64,000 nt of DNA. Source: Marsupella aquatica. Taxonomy: Eukaryota > Plantae > Marchantiophyta. Made by a program: the position numbers and the translations under genes. The stretch's first letter is position 1. Every line of letters starts with the position of its first letter. The notes beneath the pieces were generated by a model that searched no databases, had not been told where the DNA came from, and saw nothing but the letters and a program-made list of their open reading frames with translations. Below are positions 62,772 through 64,000 of this stretch, in pieces. The stretch is from NCBI GenBank assembly GCA_973895155.1, contig OZ316898.1, forward strand, positions 8,419,079 through 8,483,078, written 5' to 3'.

Positions 62772-64000
62772 CTAGATGAGTTTTAGCTAAGGTTCTCTTC
62801 GGTGCTTGAGTCAGTTAGGCAGTGACACTCTTACTGTTCGTTACTTGTCAATGCCACTCTCGTTTCCTCCCGTTGTGATTTTAGTGCAGCGGGACAACGA
62901 TGAGACTAGGAGGACAGAGCCTGAGTGGGTCTTTCCTTGCCACATATGTACCTGTTCGAGCCTCCTGCGTGAGCATTATGAATTGAAAACTTCATCTTTG
63001 AATCATGTCCACTGTTTCTCATATCCACTGTTTCTTTGGTATTCTTTCTTGTGTTCTTTTGTGTGTGTCTAGGGTTTAGGTTATGCACTTACAAGACACA
63101 CCAAATGATTACCCTAGGGACATAGGTAATTTACAAGCATAGCAGCCAGTCCACTACAAGGAGATTTGGTTCCCTACTAAATATGGGACAAATACCTTAC
63201 TATGAATCGCTTTGATAAGAGGGGAATGAATTCCCAACTCATCTTCTGGAAATTACCCCCAATAGTAAGGGGGCGGGGAGCATGAGGTACGTTGGGGTTA
63301 ATTTCCCTACTTACCCCCTATATTCCCCTCTTTCAAACTCCTAACCTTGCAGATCTTCCTTGTGTTCAAACTAGCTAGCCAGCTAGCCCGCTGCAGGAGG
63401 CTCGGTAGGAAGGCCAGGTTGTATCTCAATATATGAGTGGATCTGGCTTTGGTGCATGATTATACTGCTAAGAGGACGGCAGAGAAGTCTGCTTGTTAAT
63501 CCCTCGTACTCCATGGAAATCCATGGCAACCCAACTCTACTACAATGAAAATAGCTAGCTTCACAGAGAGCAGCTTGGGGCGAACAGTTCTAATTCTCCT
63601 CATAATTATGTTGCCTCATGTTGCACCAACTGTCCACAATTGTGCCAGGCTGCAGCGCGCTAGTTGCATCAATATCTGACAAGAAACCGATGGATACCGA
63701 TATAGTCCCAGCTAAGGTCAGTCAGCCTGTAGGCACAATCATGAAGAGATTCGAGCAAGGAGGTAGCATGCATCCTCACCAACCAGTGTCGTCTTGCAAG
63801 GTCTCGCCCTTTCAATGTTACCAGAAATCGGATGGAATAACACACATTCGGCGAAGCTCATTATCCGAACTTCCGAGCTCATTATAGGTACACCAAAGTA
63901 AATTCCAGGTATCAAAGCTAATCAATCACCCATTTGCCAGAACCTGAAAGTAGCATTATGTATATATAGCTTCTTGATAGATCTTGCCCTTCTCAAAGTC

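Larger units (their letters stand above)
34933..63364 (+). mobile_element. Complete giant CACTA/EnSpm (CMC)-type DNA transposon, 28.4 kb, multi-gene cargo
   Basis: Left TIR CACAAGGAGGATATGCATGGT versus right TIR reverse complement CACAAGGAAGATCTGCAAGGT (18/21). 3-bp TSD TTC (34930-32, 63365-67). Internal Tnp2-type transposase, and a shared GGGTAT motif throughout. Confidence 0.85.

Noticed and set aside
63880-63915. Alternative right end for the giant element (weak match to 34975-35000)
   Set aside because: No TSD. The 63334-63364 TIR with its TTC TSD is far better supported.

Overview
Eukaryotic, almost certainly land-plant DNA: GT-AG introns, TTTAGGG repeats, Bianca/copia, CACTA and Sola elements. 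A non-seed plant such as a bryophyte or fern is my inference. The window is nearly all nested transposable elements, and I see no clearly intact host gene. Left to right: (1) the right 11.3 kb of a large Sola2-like DNA transposon (DDD transposase plus a convergent RING/coiled-coil cargo gene; TIR ends at 11305), inserted into (2) a Ty1/copia element (11306-18434, minus). The copia also hosts a 4.0-kb TG...CA element with a 5-bp TSD and a 354-bp MITE. Then (3) a 1.6-kb non-autonomous CACTA; (4) a 700-bp tandem array with an inverted copy; (5) a complete Bianca-lineage copia (28424-34216) with identical 147-bp LTRs; and (6) a complete 28.4-kb CACTA/EnSpm-type element (34933-63364; CACAAGGA TIRs, TTC TSD). 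Element 6 carries a Tnp2-type transposase with a BAH-like tail, a RAD5/RAD16-type SNF2-RING helicase, an RPA70-C-like OB gene, a SAM-like gene and unknown genes, plus three nested insertions. The best candidates for undescribed biology are this multi-gene giant CACTA, the two related ~4-kb TG...CA elements that have ORFs but no RT, integrase or LTR pair, and an accessory domain apparently shared by three unrelated TE classes. All protein-family calls come from motif recognition by eye, not database searches.
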